A program made the translations under genes and the position numbers. The notes under the pieces were generated by a model. It was given only the letters and a program-made list of their open reading frames with translations. It was not told the DNA's origin and searched no databases. A stretch of 64,000 nucleotides of DNA, taken from contig CAXXYE010000009.1 in assembly GCA_963674865.2 (NCBI GenBank), positions 1,963,697 through 2,027,696 on the forward strand. Direction: 5' to 3'. Shown here piece by piece: positions 10,772-20,274 of this stretch (the stretch's first letter is position 1; every line of letters begins with the position of its first letter). Source of the DNA: Candidatus Hydrogenedentota bacterium. Lineage in GTDB: Bacteria; Hydrogenedentota; Hydrogenedentia; Hydrogenedentales; SLHB01.

Positions 10772-11588
10772 CGCTTCCGGTTCCCCGCTTTAGCATGTCT
10801 AACCGGCGTTGCGCCAGTTTGTTTTGAGGATTCAACGCTATGGCATTGCGAAAATACTGCGCTGCTTTGTCCAGATTCCCCAGATGCTCGTAGGTTTGCC
10901 CGAGAAGTGTGAGGCAGTGTTCGTGGCCCCACGTTGGCGCCGATGCACGTGGTTTCCCATGTAGGGCTACAGGAACCTGAAAGAGTTCCGCCGCACGCAG
11001 CAAATGGGGCAGGCCCTTCTCCGCGCCTCCAAGAAAGCCCGGCCCTTGGACAAAGGCCGCGCCAAGGAGGTAATGGACCCGAGGATTGTCTGGCCCATGG
11101 CGCAAGGCATGCCGCTTGTGGCGCAGCACAGCGGGCCCCAGCCAAAGAGCATGTGAGGGATGCCGGGCGATTTCCATACCGGCCAGCGTGCCCAGCAGTG
11201 CATGCGCCTCCGAATCGGATTGCTTGAGTTCCGCCGCTTTTTCGAGCGCCTTCCGTGTTTCTCTCAAGAGATGACCAAACTCCCGGTTTTCAAGCGAGCG
11301 CTTCGTATCGCCTTGCCGGTGTACCAAAACATGGAAACGTGCAACGCCCAGCCAGTAATGGGCCAGGTAGTCTTCCGGTGCTGTCTCGCAGACTTTCTGA
11401 AAGAGGTTGACAGCTTCCGAGAGCCTCTCTCTGTCCCACGCGCGGTAGCCTTCGTAGAACAGCTCAACTCCGTGCTCGAGCTGGCCCTGAAGTTGAGAAG
11501 GGTACACTCCTGTTGAAGTCAGCAGAAGCAGAAACCCCACTCCGGCAAGGCACAGTCGCATCACAGGCTTTCTCTCTCGGGTAAGCAC
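10764..11588 (-). CDS. Secreted tetratricopeptide-repeat protein, translationally coupled to crtP
   Basis: Signal peptide; TPR-like helices (AHYWLG, AHALLG, LLGQTYEHLGNLDKAAQYFRNAIALNPQN); stop overlaps the crtP start. Confidence 0.75.
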   Translation of the reverse strand: MLTRERKPVMRLCLAGVGFLLLLTSTGVYPSQLQGQLEHGVELFYEGYRAWDRERLSEAVNLFQKVCETAPEDYLAHYWLGVARFHVLVHRQGDTKRSLENREFGHLLRETRKALEKAAELKQSDSEAHALLGTLAGMEIARHPSHALWLGPAVLRHKRHALRHGPDNPRVHYLLGAAFVQGPGFLGGAEKGLPHLLRAAELFQVPVALHGKPRASAPTWGHEHCLTLLGQTYEHLGNLDKAAQYFRNAIALNPQNKLAQRRLDMLKRGTGSDE

Positions 11589-11732
11589 CTACCTACCAAC
11601 ATCCATAATAACGCCTTTGCTTCTGGTCAGCAATTGGCTGCCGTGCGGCAGGAAATGCTTGAGTATAGTTTCCAAGATGTGTAACCCTGAATAGGCCGCA
11701 CGCCTCGACGATGCCGGTGAGGAAAACGCAGC

Positions 11733-13163
11733 ATGCAAGAAGACGCAATCCCCGCTACAAGTGGTTGTTCCTCGCGTGTTGTGTCCGCCCGGAGCGTCTT
11801 AACACGACTCCGCGCTTTCTATGACTCCCAGAAGACACGGTCTTTGGACTTCCGCAAGGAGCAATTGTGCGCGCTGGGGTGTGCCATCGAGGTACGCGAG
11901 TCAGACATACTAGAGGCACTCTACGAAGATCTCCATAAACCCCGTCAGGAAGCGTACGTATCGGAGGTGGGATTTGTCCTAAGCGACATTTCGTACACGC
12001 TCCAACGTTTGGCCCGCTGGGCGCGGCCGAGGCGCCGGCGCGGCCCTTTGCTTGCGTGGCCGTCCCGGGGCCTTATCCTTCCCGAACCTTACGGCACGGT
12101 GCTTATCATCGGTCCTTGGAACTACCCGTTTCAACTCCTTCTTTCCCCGCTGGTAGCGGCTATTGCCGCGGGCAATTGCGTCTGCCTCAAACCCTCTGAG
12201 CTTGCGCCGGCAACATCCGCCGTGGTTGCGAGGATGGTGCTGGACACATTCTCAGAGGACTACATTACCGCGGCTGAGGGCGGGCCGGAGACCGCGGAAG
12301 AGTTGACGAATCAGGGATTCGACTACATCTTTTTTACCGGCAGCATACGTGTCGGACGCCAAGTCATGGAAGCCGCCGCGCGGCATCTGACGCCTGTCAC
12401 TCTGGAACTGGGGGGCAAGAGCCCTTGCATTGTCTGCCATGACGTCGACTTGACGCTTGCTGCACGTCGCATTCTTTGGGGCAAATGTATGAATGCGGGG
12501 CAGACCTGCATGGCCCCGGACTATGTCTGGGTGGACGCCCTTGTCGAGCGGGAGTTTCTCACGGCGTTGGGGAGTGTACTCAATGAGTTTTATGGGGGCG
12601 CGCCGCGGCAGAGCCCGGATTACGGGCGCATTATAAACCGGGGCCATTTTGACCGCCTGCTCGGCTACCTAGGACAAGGTCGCCTCGTCTGCGGAGGCGA
12701 GCATGAAGCTGATGGACTTTTCATGGCTCCCACCATACTGGCGGACGTATCTCCCTCGGCGCCCGTGATGCAGGAGGAGATTTTCGGGCCGATTTTGCCG
12801 GTGTTACGTTTTAATGACATTGACGAAGTACTTGTCTCGTTGAAACGGCGCCCCAAACCGCTTGCCCTGTACGTTTTCGCTCGCAACCGTGCTTTTCAGG
12901 CTCGCATTCTCGCCGAAACGGCGTCCGGGGGAGTCTGCGTTAATGACACGATGACCCAAGCGTTCGGTAAAACCCTTCCCTTCGGCGGCCTTGGTGCAAG
13001 CGGCATGGGGAGCTACCACGGTAAGGCCGGCTTTGACTGTTTCACGCACTACAAGAGTGTCCTCCGGAGATCGACCTGGCCTGACCTTCGTTTTCGTTAT
13101 CCGCCAACGCGGCACTCATTGGCCACAGTGAAGCGTTTTTGTCGTCTTTTCATGCGGCGGTAA
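11733..13163 (+). CDS. aldH: Aldehyde dehydrogenase, probable diapocarotenoid-aldehyde dehydrogenase (AldH/CrtNc role)
   Basis: PWNYP, KPSE, FTGS, LELGGKSP, NAGQTC, EEIFGP, PFGG motifs; adjacent to crtN. Confidence 0.85.
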   Translation: MQEDAIPATSGCSSRVVSARSVLTRLRAFYDSQKTRSLDFRKEQLCALGCAIEVRESDILEALYEDLHKPRQEAYVSEVGFVLSDISYTLQRLARWARPRRRRGPLLAWPSRGLILPEPYGTVLIIGPWNYPFQLLLSPLVAAIAAGNCVCLKPSELAPATSAVVARMVLDTFSEDYITAAEGGPETAEELTNQGFDYIFFTGSIRVGRQVMEAAARHLTPVTLELGGKSPCIVCHDVDLTLAARRILWGKCMNAGQTCMAPDYVWVDALVEREFLTALGSVLNEFYGGAPRQSPDYGRIINRGHFDRLLGYLGQGRLVCGGEHEADGLFMAPTILADVSPSAPVMQEEIFGPILPVLRFNDIDEVLVSLKRRPKPLALYVFARNRAFQARILAETASGGVCVNDTMTQAFGKTLPFGGLGASGMGSYHGKAGFDCFTHYKSVLRRSTWPDLRFRYPPTRHSLATVKRFCRLFMRR

Positions 13164-13244
13164 CTTTTTGGACTATAATAGGGCGAGCGGTGCACTTGGC
13201 AGGTGAAGGATACACTGTCGCATGTGCGCGAGCGCGGAGGTAGC

Positions 13245-14762
13245 ATGAAGGCCAGAGAGAAGCATGTCGTGATCGTTGGCGCAGGTCCCGGTGGTTTGAC
13301 GGCGGCCATGATCCTTGCTCGGCGCGGATTCCGTGTAACCGTTTTTGAGACCAAGAGCCGGGTAGGCGGTCGTAACGCGCCTATCGAGCTTGGGGGCTAT
13401 ACCTTCGACACCGGCCCAACGTTCTTGATGCTCAAGAGTGTCCTCGATGAAGTCTTCCACGAGGCCGGCGCGGCGACGGATGGCCTCATGGATGTGCGCC
13501 GCATTGAGCCGATGTACCGCCTCCAGTTCCACGACAAAGTGTTTGAACCTACCAGTGATCCGGAGGTGATGGTCGAGCAAATACGGCGGCTGTATCCTGG
13601 CCGCGAGGCAGGCTACTACGCGTTTCGGAAACGGGAAGCGGTCCGGTTTGCCAGGCTCTTTCCTTGTCTTCAGAAGCCCTACCATGTGTGGCGCACGCTG
13701 CTCACTGTTGACATGGTCGCGGCCATCCCGCATCTTGCCCTGGGACGTAGCCTGTTCCAGGTAATGCAAGGCTATTTCAAAGATGAGCAGTTGGCTCTTG
13801 CCTTCACGTTCCAAGCCAAGTACCTCGGTATGTCTCCCTGGGACTGCCCGGGCCTATTCTCTATCATTCCCTACATTGAACATAGCATGGGTGTTTACCA
13901 TCCCATCGGCGGTTTAAGCCGCATCTCCGATTCCATGGCTGACGTGGCGAAACAGAATGGGGCGGATATTCACCTGGGCGTGCCCGTTAGCAAGATTCTG
14001 ACCAATGACCGCGTTGCCTGCGGCGTCGAATTGGACAACGGCGAAAAGGTCTTTTCCGATGACGTGGTCGTTAACGCCGATTTCGGCCACGCGGCAACCC
14101 ACCTTTTCGAGCCCGGGACGATGCGGAAGTACACCCCCGCCAAACTGAAGCGCATGCGCCTCTCCTGTTCAACCTTTATGCTGTATCTCGGCCTGGACAA
14201 GGAATACGACCTTCCACATCACACCATCTGCTTCGCCTCCGACTACCGGGCCAACATCGAGGCTGTATCCCGCGGGAAAGAGCTTGGTGAAGATATCTCG
14301 TTTTATGTGCGGAACGCCGTACGTACCGACTCCACGCTGGCGCCTACCGGTTGTTCGTCGCTCTATGTGCTGGTACCTGTCGCCAACCTTCGCGGAGGTG
14401 TCGACTGGGCCGCACAAAAGGACGCGCTTCGGGAAGTGACGCTAGACGCTCTTGAAACCCGATTGGGCATGACGGGAATCCGCGCGCATATTTGCGAAGA
14501 GAAGGTGATTACGCCGCAGGAATGGGAGCGCGACTACAGCACCTATGAGGGCGCGACCTTTAACTTAGCCCACAATTGGCGCCAGATGATTTACTTCCGG
14601 CCGCGCAACAAGTTCGAGGAACTCGACCATTGCTACCTGGTCGGTGGGGGCACCCATCCCGGGAGCGGTCTTCCCACGATTTATGAATCAGGGAGAATTG
14701 CGGCGAATCTGATTAGCCGCTCCTACGGCATTCCCTTCATTTCGGGCAACCTGCACGTCTAG
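13245..14762 (+). CDS. crtN: 4,4'-diapophytoene desaturase, CrtI family
   Basis: GAGPGGL, FDTGPTFLM, FQAKYLGMSPWDCP, GGGTHPGSGLPTIYESGRI; GGAGG RBS before ATG 13245. Confidence 0.85.
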   Translation: MKAREKHVVIVGAGPGGLTAAMILARRGFRVTVFETKSRVGGRNAPIELGGYTFDTGPTFLMLKSVLDEVFHEAGAATDGLMDVRRIEPMYRLQFHDKVFEPTSDPEVMVEQIRRLYPGREAGYYAFRKREAVRFARLFPCLQKPYHVWRTLLTVDMVAAIPHLALGRSLFQVMQGYFKDEQLALAFTFQAKYLGMSPWDCPGLFSIIPYIEHSMGVYHPIGGLSRISDSMADVAKQNGADIHLGVPVSKILTNDRVACGVELDNGEKVFSDDVVVNADFGHAATHLFEPGTMRKYTPAKLKRMRLSCSTFMLYLGLDKEYDLPHHTICFASDYRANIEAVSRGKELGEDISFYVRNAVRTDSTLAPTGCSSLYVLVPVANLRGGVDWAAQKDALREVTLDALETRLGMTGIRAHICEEKVITPQEWERDYSTYEGATFNLAHNWRQMIYFRPRNKFEELDHCYLVGGGTHPGSGLPTIYESGRIAANLISRSYGIPFISGNLHV

Positions 14763-14998
14763 GATATGGAGCTCATCGGGGGTGGGGAAGAGGGAAAAAC
14801 CCTAAGACTATGCCCGGCAGACTGCAGGATACCATTGGTATCTAGGGTCGCATGCCTTGGGCAGGTGGAGCCCCAACCGGTGCGCGAGCGTTTCTCATTG
14901 CCGCCAGCGCGCATACTCCCGGAAAAGAGCTCTGCCGCAGAGCAAGACATCATTTGGGGCAGCTTGGATATCAGGCACATCGTCTAATACTGTCTCCG

Positions 14999-15559
14999 TT
15001 AATGGTCTGGGTGCTGTGTCTTCTCGATTTTGTTGATATCAAATCCGCGTTGCCCGAGACGTGCCAGCAATTCATCGTAAGTGGCTCTGTCGATCGTTGG
15101 TGTTCGGCTCATTATCCAGAGGTTTCTGCGCGATGGCCCGGAAACGACCGCGTAAGCATAGTGTTGGTCCAACTCGATGATCCAGTAGTCCGCCGGGAAG
15201 AACCGGACTGGGAAGGGGTCAAAGCGGACGCGGAGCTTGGCCGGGCTCTCTGGGGCGGGGACAGTGGCGTATCCCTCGATGATTGCCGTCTTTCCCTCAA
15301 ACGCCCCCTTAAACCCCTGGTGTTTCACCCGAATCCGTCCGTCCTCTTCCAGGTTGTATTCCGCCGTCACCGCAACAAGGCCCCGTTCAAAGAACACCGG
15401 GAATTTGGCTATCTCGTGTTAAACGCCCATGTAGCGTTCGAGGTCAACGTGGGTGACTGTCTGAGGAGGCTCCACTGTGGCGCATCCGGCGAGAACGATT
15501 GCCAGAGCGGCCAGCCAAGAATCCCCTGTGATACCGGCTGCGTACGAGTCAGTAACCAC
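14999..15559 (-). pseudogene. Blc-type lipocalin lipoprotein interrupted by an in-frame TAA
   Basis: Frame reads ...LAIVLAGCATVEPPQTVTHVDLERYMGV*HEIAKFPVFFERG..., with the stop at 15419-15421 at the conserved Trp of GxWYEIA. Downstream ADYWII and LWIMSRTP motifs are intact. Confidence 0.8.
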
Positions 15560-15584
15560 CAGCAGAGCTGGTGGTTACTGACTC
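15546..15584. repeat. Perfect 18-bp inverted repeat with a 3-nt loop
   Basis: GAGTCAGTAACCACCAGC-AGA-GCTGGTGGTTACTGACTC. Confidence 0.9.
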
Positions 15585-15623
15585 TAATGGACCGCTTGCA
15601 TATTTCGGGTGCGGCCACCTCTC

Positions 15624-16811
15624 TCAGCGAGGCATGTGAAAGGACTTTGGGAGTTCCTCAAATTCGGGCCGCGCGAACAGCCATCCCTGAAACAGCTCGA
15701 TCCCCTCATTGCTCAACCATCCATACTCATCGGTGGTCTCGACACCCTCTGCAATGATGTCGATACCCAGATCCAGGCAGGTGCGCATAATGCCCCGCAC
15801 AATGGCTTGCCTCGGGCCGTTACACTCGATGCCGCGGACCAGATGCATGTCGAGCTTAATGAACTCTGGCTGAAAATCCGCAAGCAGATTAAGGCCGGCA
15901 TACCCCGCACCGAAATCATCAATGGCGAAGCTCAGCCCAGAACCCCGGTGTTGATTAACCGCAGTCCGGAACCTGTCGAAGTCACTTATGAGTTCTCTTT
16001 CGAGGATCTCCAGGACGAGTCGTGTGGGCCGGATATGGTAACGTTCTGCAGCGCCAAGTATGGAGGCTAAGGCCGTCGGCGAGGACTCTACGCTCAACGG
16101 AAGAAAGTTGAGATTCAGGTGCGTCGATAGCCCCATGCGCGCCGCCAACTCTATGGCTACCGTACGGGTATGCTCATCGAACCTGTGCATTTCGGACACG
16201 GGGACTTGCTCGAAAAGGTATTCGGCCGGCTCATTGCCTTTCCCGCGTACCAACGCTTCATAAGAAAAGACTTTGCGAGTCTTTGCATTGATAATGGGCT
16301 GAAAAGCGTAAGAGAAGCCAGGATAAGATGTGACGGCGGACTGTTTCGTGGTCTCTGGCGGGTCGACGTTGGTATCAGTCAACCGCGCGCGCCAGCGTCC
16401 TTGCCTGAACGCCGCCAAGAGTTTCTTGGCGCGGCCTTGGCCCAGCTTACCGAAGGACTCGGCTTTGCCAAAGAAGTCGTTCGCGCCTAGGATCTTGTCC
16501 ACTTCCTCTGGCGTAATATCCGCGTAACCCATTGTCCAATCACTGAACGAGCGGTGGGCAATCGGTTCGCGGATGATCACCGTTACCTTGCTGTGACGTT
16601 CATCCCGCTTAATGGTCTCGAAGAGCGCGTCCACCTTGTTCGATTCGCCCTCAAGAACCTGGAAGAAACTGCCCTGCGCATAGAGAAGCATCCCTGTCAC
16701 GCTAGACTGGAGGTTCTTGCGGCGCGAACTTGCAAGGAGGGCCATTAGGTCACGATGACTGAATGGGCGTGTGGCCGCACTGCTGTAAACGAGATGGATT
16801 AGCTGCGACAT
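15624..16811 (-). CDS. BLUF-EAL blue-light-regulated c-di-GMP phosphodiesterase (BlrP1/BluF architecture)
   Basis: BLUF: LVYSS, N..VTGML, FFQVLEG, RH, WTM. EAL: FQPII, YEALVR, EILE, IDDFGAGYAGL, IKLD, AEGVE, FQG. Start MSQLI at 16811. Confidence 0.9.
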   Translation of the reverse strand: MSQLIHLVYSSAATRPFSHRDLMALLASSRRKNLQSSVTGMLLYAQGSFFQVLEGESNKVDALFETIKRDERHSKVTVIIREPIAHRSFSDWTMGYADITPEEVDKILGANDFFGKAESFGKLGQGRAKKLLAAFRQGRWRARLTDTNVDPPETTKQSAVTSYPGFSYAFQPIINAKTRKVFSYEALVRGKGNEPAEYLFEQVPVSEMHRFDEHTRTVAIELAARMGLSTHLNLNFLPLSVESSPTALASILGAAERYHIRPTRLVLEILERELISDFDRFRTAVNQHRGSGLSFAIDDFGAGYAGLNLLADFQPEFIKLDMHLVRGIECNGPRQAIVRGIMRTCLDLGIDIIAEGVETTDEYGWLSNEGIELFQGWLFARPEFEELPKSFHMPR

Positions 16812-17141
16812 GGCGCATTGTCCTTCAAGGCGGGTCCATCTCCTGGAAACGCACAAATGCTCTTAACACAAAGGCGACCGCGAACCGTTGTCTGCTTTCA
16901 GCACGCGTACTCTGATCCTATGCTACTTTCAAGAAGCAAACGGGTCAAGCTTCCTCAGTATCCGGGTCAGGCGGAAGCACCAACAGCAATTGCGAAGCTT
17001 TCATCGCATCCCGCGCTACCCATCATAACCTGGCACCGCCCGAAAGCTACACGGCTTTGCTCCCAGAATGGAGGTACGATCAGGCCACGAAAACAACTGC
17101 CTTCCAGGAGAGAGACCATTGTCAACGTCGCTGCAGTCCGT

Positions 17142-18998
17142 CTAATGCCTTTTGCGTTCGCTCAGAAGCAGGATGTCCCGCAATTGATCCAGGTGTTTGA
17201 CCTGTGTCCATCGCCGCTCGAATGAGCGCTTCTGCACGATGTGCGCTATCGCCGCAAGCGCCTTAAGATGTAGACTCCGCTGGTCCTTGGTGCCGTAGAT
17301 GATGAAAACGGCCTTGATAGACGGGTAGCCCTTCCCCCAATCTATGCCCTTTCGACAGCGAACCAACGCGACGTGGAAGGCCCCACTGCCAGGCAAAACA
17401 AGGTGCGGCACCGCCACGAAATCGGACAGGGCCGTGCTACCCTGCGCTTCGCGGGCTGTAAGCAGTTCCTGGACGCGTTCAGGGCTTAGCTGTAAGCGGG
17501 GGGCAACGTGTGTCGACACCCGCGCAAAGAGCATATCGCGGTCACAGGACTCGTCAATATCCAGCACGATCGCTTCGTGAACAGCGTTGTCGAACTCGTC
17601 CTGGTTCTCTTGGTCTCGCTCGTTGACGATGGCCTTCAGCTCGGATTCCAAAGAATAAGAGGCAAGATCTTTCGAGGTGATGCGTTCGATGAGATGCAGA
17701 AGAGCGTACTCCTGATTGGAGCGCTTACGTCCATACAGGAGATAGGTCAGCAAAGCCGCCAGTACAAGGCCCAGACTGATCTCGATGGTGGCGAGGCCCA
17801 TATCCACTATCAGAAGGCAAAAGGCCGCAATACCGAGTCCCGGCAACCACGGATAGCCGGGCACTCGGAAGGTGGGCCGATAGTTCTGAAGGCCGCTGTG
17901 GCGCAGCACAATTACGGCCACGCCGGCGAGCACGTACGTCGTTAAGACGACGGTGGAAGCGGCTTTGACCAGCAGTTCGAGATCGAGCAGCAATGAAAGA
18001 AAGACCACTAGTCCCGTAACTGCGACTGCCGTCACCGGCGTGCCGAACCGATTGCTGACGTGCTGAAATGGCCGGGGCAAGAGGTTGTCGCGGCTCAGGG
18101 CCAGTGGGTACCGGGACGCAGAGATGATGCCGGCATTGGCGGTCGTGATAAACGCCAGCATCGCCGCGATGGTCACGACAATGTAGCCCGTCCATCCCGC
18201 TGCCGACCGCGCCGCATCGGCCAACGGGCTCATGGATCCACCAAGTCGTTCGGCGGGCAGCACACCTACCGTCACATAAAGCAGACCTGTGTACACGACC
18301 GTAATGACGATCACCGAGGAGATGAAGGCCAGCGGAATGTTGCGTGTGGGATTCTCTACCTCCTCAGCTAACGTGGCGATGTTGAGCAGGCCTCCGAAAG
18401 AAACAAACACGAAGCCAGCGGTGAAGAAAATCGCGTTCAGTCCGTGGGGCAAGACAGGCAAGTAGTGTTCAGGTCTTACGCCGTCCAAACCAACAAAGAA
18501 GTAGAGCGCCATCAGGGCCAACAGACTGATGACAAGCACGACTTCGAGCCGGGCCGCTTCCTTGACCCCAAAGATGTTCAGGCCCGTAAAGACAAGGCAA
18601 ATCGGTGCAGCGACCATCAGTATCGGTATTCCAGTGAGCAGATGGACCACTTCTGCCATGCCGAAAATCGCGAACGACGTTTTGAGCGACAAGGCAAACC
18701 AGCTCAGAAGTCCGGAAACGGTGCCTGCCAGGGGCCCCAGGCTCCGCGTGACGTAATAGAAATCCCCGCCGGCTTTGGGCATCGCTGTCGCCAATTCGGC
18801 GACGTTCATGATGCCGATTAACGCCAAGCATCCAGCGAGAGCGTACGAAATAATGACTGCCGGACCAGCCAGCGCGTAAGCCAGCCCGGGCAGAATGAAT
18901 ATGCCCGAACTGATCATCGCCCCCGACGCGATACAGAACACGTCGAGAAAGCTTAAGCTCTTGGCCAGACCCCTTGGACTGCTATTTGTCATGTTCAA
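17142..18998 (-). CDS. APC-family amino acid permease fused to a C-terminal PTS EIIA (Ntr/Fru-type) domain
   Basis: GAMISSGIFILPG, AELATAMPKAGG, AEEVENP, ~12 TM segments; C-terminal RE..GSTA..VAVPH. Confidence 0.85.
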   Translation of the reverse strand: MNMTNSSPRGLAKSLSFLDVFCIASGAMISSGIFILPGLAYALAGPAVIISYALAGCLALIGIMNVAELATAMPKAGGDFYYVTRSLGPLAGTVSGLLSWFALSLKTSFAIFGMAEVVHLLTGIPILMVAAPICLVFTGLNIFGVKEAARLEVVLVISLLALMALYFFVGLDGVRPEHYLPVLPHGLNAIFFTAGFVFVSFGGLLNIATLAEEVENPTRNIPLAFISSVIVITVVYTGLLYVTVGVLPAERLGGSMSPLADAARSAAGWTGYIVVTIAAMLAFITTANAGIISASRYPLALSRDNLLPRPFQHVSNRFGTPVTAVAVTGLVVFLSLLLDLELLVKAASTVVLTTYVLAGVAVIVLRHSGLQNYRPTFRVPGYPWLPGLGIAAFCLLIVDMGLATIEISLGLVLAALLTYLLYGRKRSNQEYALLHLIERITSKDLASYSLESELKAIVNERDQENQDEFDNAVHEAIVLDIDESCDRDMLFARVSTHVAPRLQLSPERVQELLTAREAQGSTALSDFVAVPHLVLPGSGAFHVALVRCRKGIDWGKGYPSIKAVFIIYGTKDQRSLHLKALAAIAHIVQKRSFERRWTQVKHLDQLRDILLLSERKRH

Positions 18999-19119
18999 CC
19001 GCCTGTAACCAGAGCACAGTCGTTTCCCGCAGATGTAGCCCTCTGCGCCCTTGCCGTCAAGGTCACTTCCACTTTCACGACCTCTGCTCGTCGCCCCACC
19101 ATCTCAGCGTCCACAGCAG

Positions 19120-19385
19120 TCCCATTCCCGAGCCGCGGGAGGCTACGAAGAAGCCGCCTATCCCATGGACGACGTTTGCCCCCGCCCACTTGGACTCGAT
19201 GGTGAGCAGCGATCTCTTCAACAAGCCTATGTTCACGCTCGGAGGAATCCGCAGGGCTTGTTTTCTCGTGTTCATTGATCTCGGAAGCCGGACAGTGTTT
19301 CATAGTCCAAGCGCCTATCATCCCGATTCCAAGTGGGTGATGCAACAAGCGCGTACCGCCTCGATGTGGATAGAAAACGAGGGTG
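19120..19385 (+). pseudogene. Internal fragment of an integrase-core (rve) transposase
   Basis: PWTTF..AH...SDLFNKPMFTLGG...LVFIDLGSRTV..SP..YHPDSKWVMQQAR; no start or end. Confidence 0.7.
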
Positions 19386-19389
19386 TTCG

Positions 19390-19535
19390 ACGTCGAGTAC
19401 GCGACCACATTGAGCTTTCGGGAACGCTATGCGCAGCATTTCTTGATGATTCTGAGTACTATTGAAGCTTCTTTGAGCTTTTTCGGAATAACCTGTAGGT
19501 TCAGTGCTAGCAACGCGTAAGAATGAATGCGAACG
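19390..19535 (-). pseudogene. Relic of the 5' end of an integrase-core element
   Basis: IVLRIIKKCCA*RSRKLNVVAY aligns with MMLDIIRNGFRWTVRRLNIVAY at 29573; shared ATTGAAGCTT...CTGTA.GTTCA...TAGCAA.GCGTA flank. Confidence 0.5.
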
Positions 19536-19704
19536 GCCCCGGGCACACCCATGTGGGAAATCTCGGTTATCCCCAAGGCACTCGTCGCGGCGCTCGAACG
19601 ACACTTGGGCTATGGCCTCCGCAGCCATGCGGCGGAATTCGCGGCGGGGACACGGTGTTTCGTTACCATGGTAGAATGAATTCGAACAGAGGAGGCCTGC
19701 TACC

Positions 19705-20274
19705 ATGAGGAGACTGCGTTGGGCATCTCAGAGCATTTCCTTGGGAGCTATAGCACTGGTCCTCGTCCTGACGGGCGGGGCCCTGAGTGGCTGTCCGTCG
19801 CCGCCGCAGACCGTAACGTTCGTTGACTTGGAGCGCTACATGGGCCTGTGGTATCAAGTCGCTGGCTACTCCTTTTTCCCGACGCGGAATTTGGTGGGCG
19901 TGACGGCTGAGTATACTCTTCAGGAAGACGGAACGGTGCGGGTGGTGAACCGTGGTTTCGATGGAGGCTTCGACGGGCCGGAAGAGGTCATCGAGGGCAC
20001 CGCGCGCGTCGTAGACACGACGACAAATGCCAAACTCGAAGTGATATTCCCCTCCATCCTCGCGGGGCTCTTGAAGGGCGAGTACTGGATTATTGCTCTC
20101 GACGATGTCGACTACAGCTACGCCGTCGTATCGGACTCGCGGCGCGCCACGCTCTTTGTCCTCAGCCGTACTCCCGTCATGGCGCCTAGCGTGCTCGATG
20201 CCATCATCGAGGACCTCGTCGCCCGCGGCTACAACCGGAATCGCATCGTCGATTTCCCCCAGCTTGCTGAGTAG
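19705..20274 (+). CDS. blc: Blc-type lipocalin lipoprotein
   Basis: Lipobox LSGC; VDLERYMGLWYQVA, VTAEY, YWII, LFVLSRTP; GGAGG RBS. Confidence 0.9.
   Translation: MRRLRWASQSISLGAIALVLVLTGGALSGCPSPPQTVTFVDLERYMGLWYQVAGYSFFPTRNLVGVTAEYTLQEDGTVRVVNRGFDGGFDGPEEVIEGTARVVDTTTNAKLEVIFPSILAGLLKGEYWIIALDDVDYSYAVVSDSRRATLFVLSRTPVMAPSVLDAIIEDLVARGYNRNRIVDFPQLAE

Noticed and set aside
14766..14990. Short ORFs between crtN and the lipocalin, checked as a crtM remnant
   Set aside because: No DDxxD or other synthase motif in the frames I read.
15419..15421. Stop-codon recoding or alternative genetic code
   Set aside because: TAA, TAG and TGA all terminate intact genes elsewhere in the window.
15780..15792. 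GGTGCGCATAATG, identical to the XerC arm of E. coli dif
   Set aside because: No XerD arm follows, and it lies inside the EAL coding sequence; coincidence.
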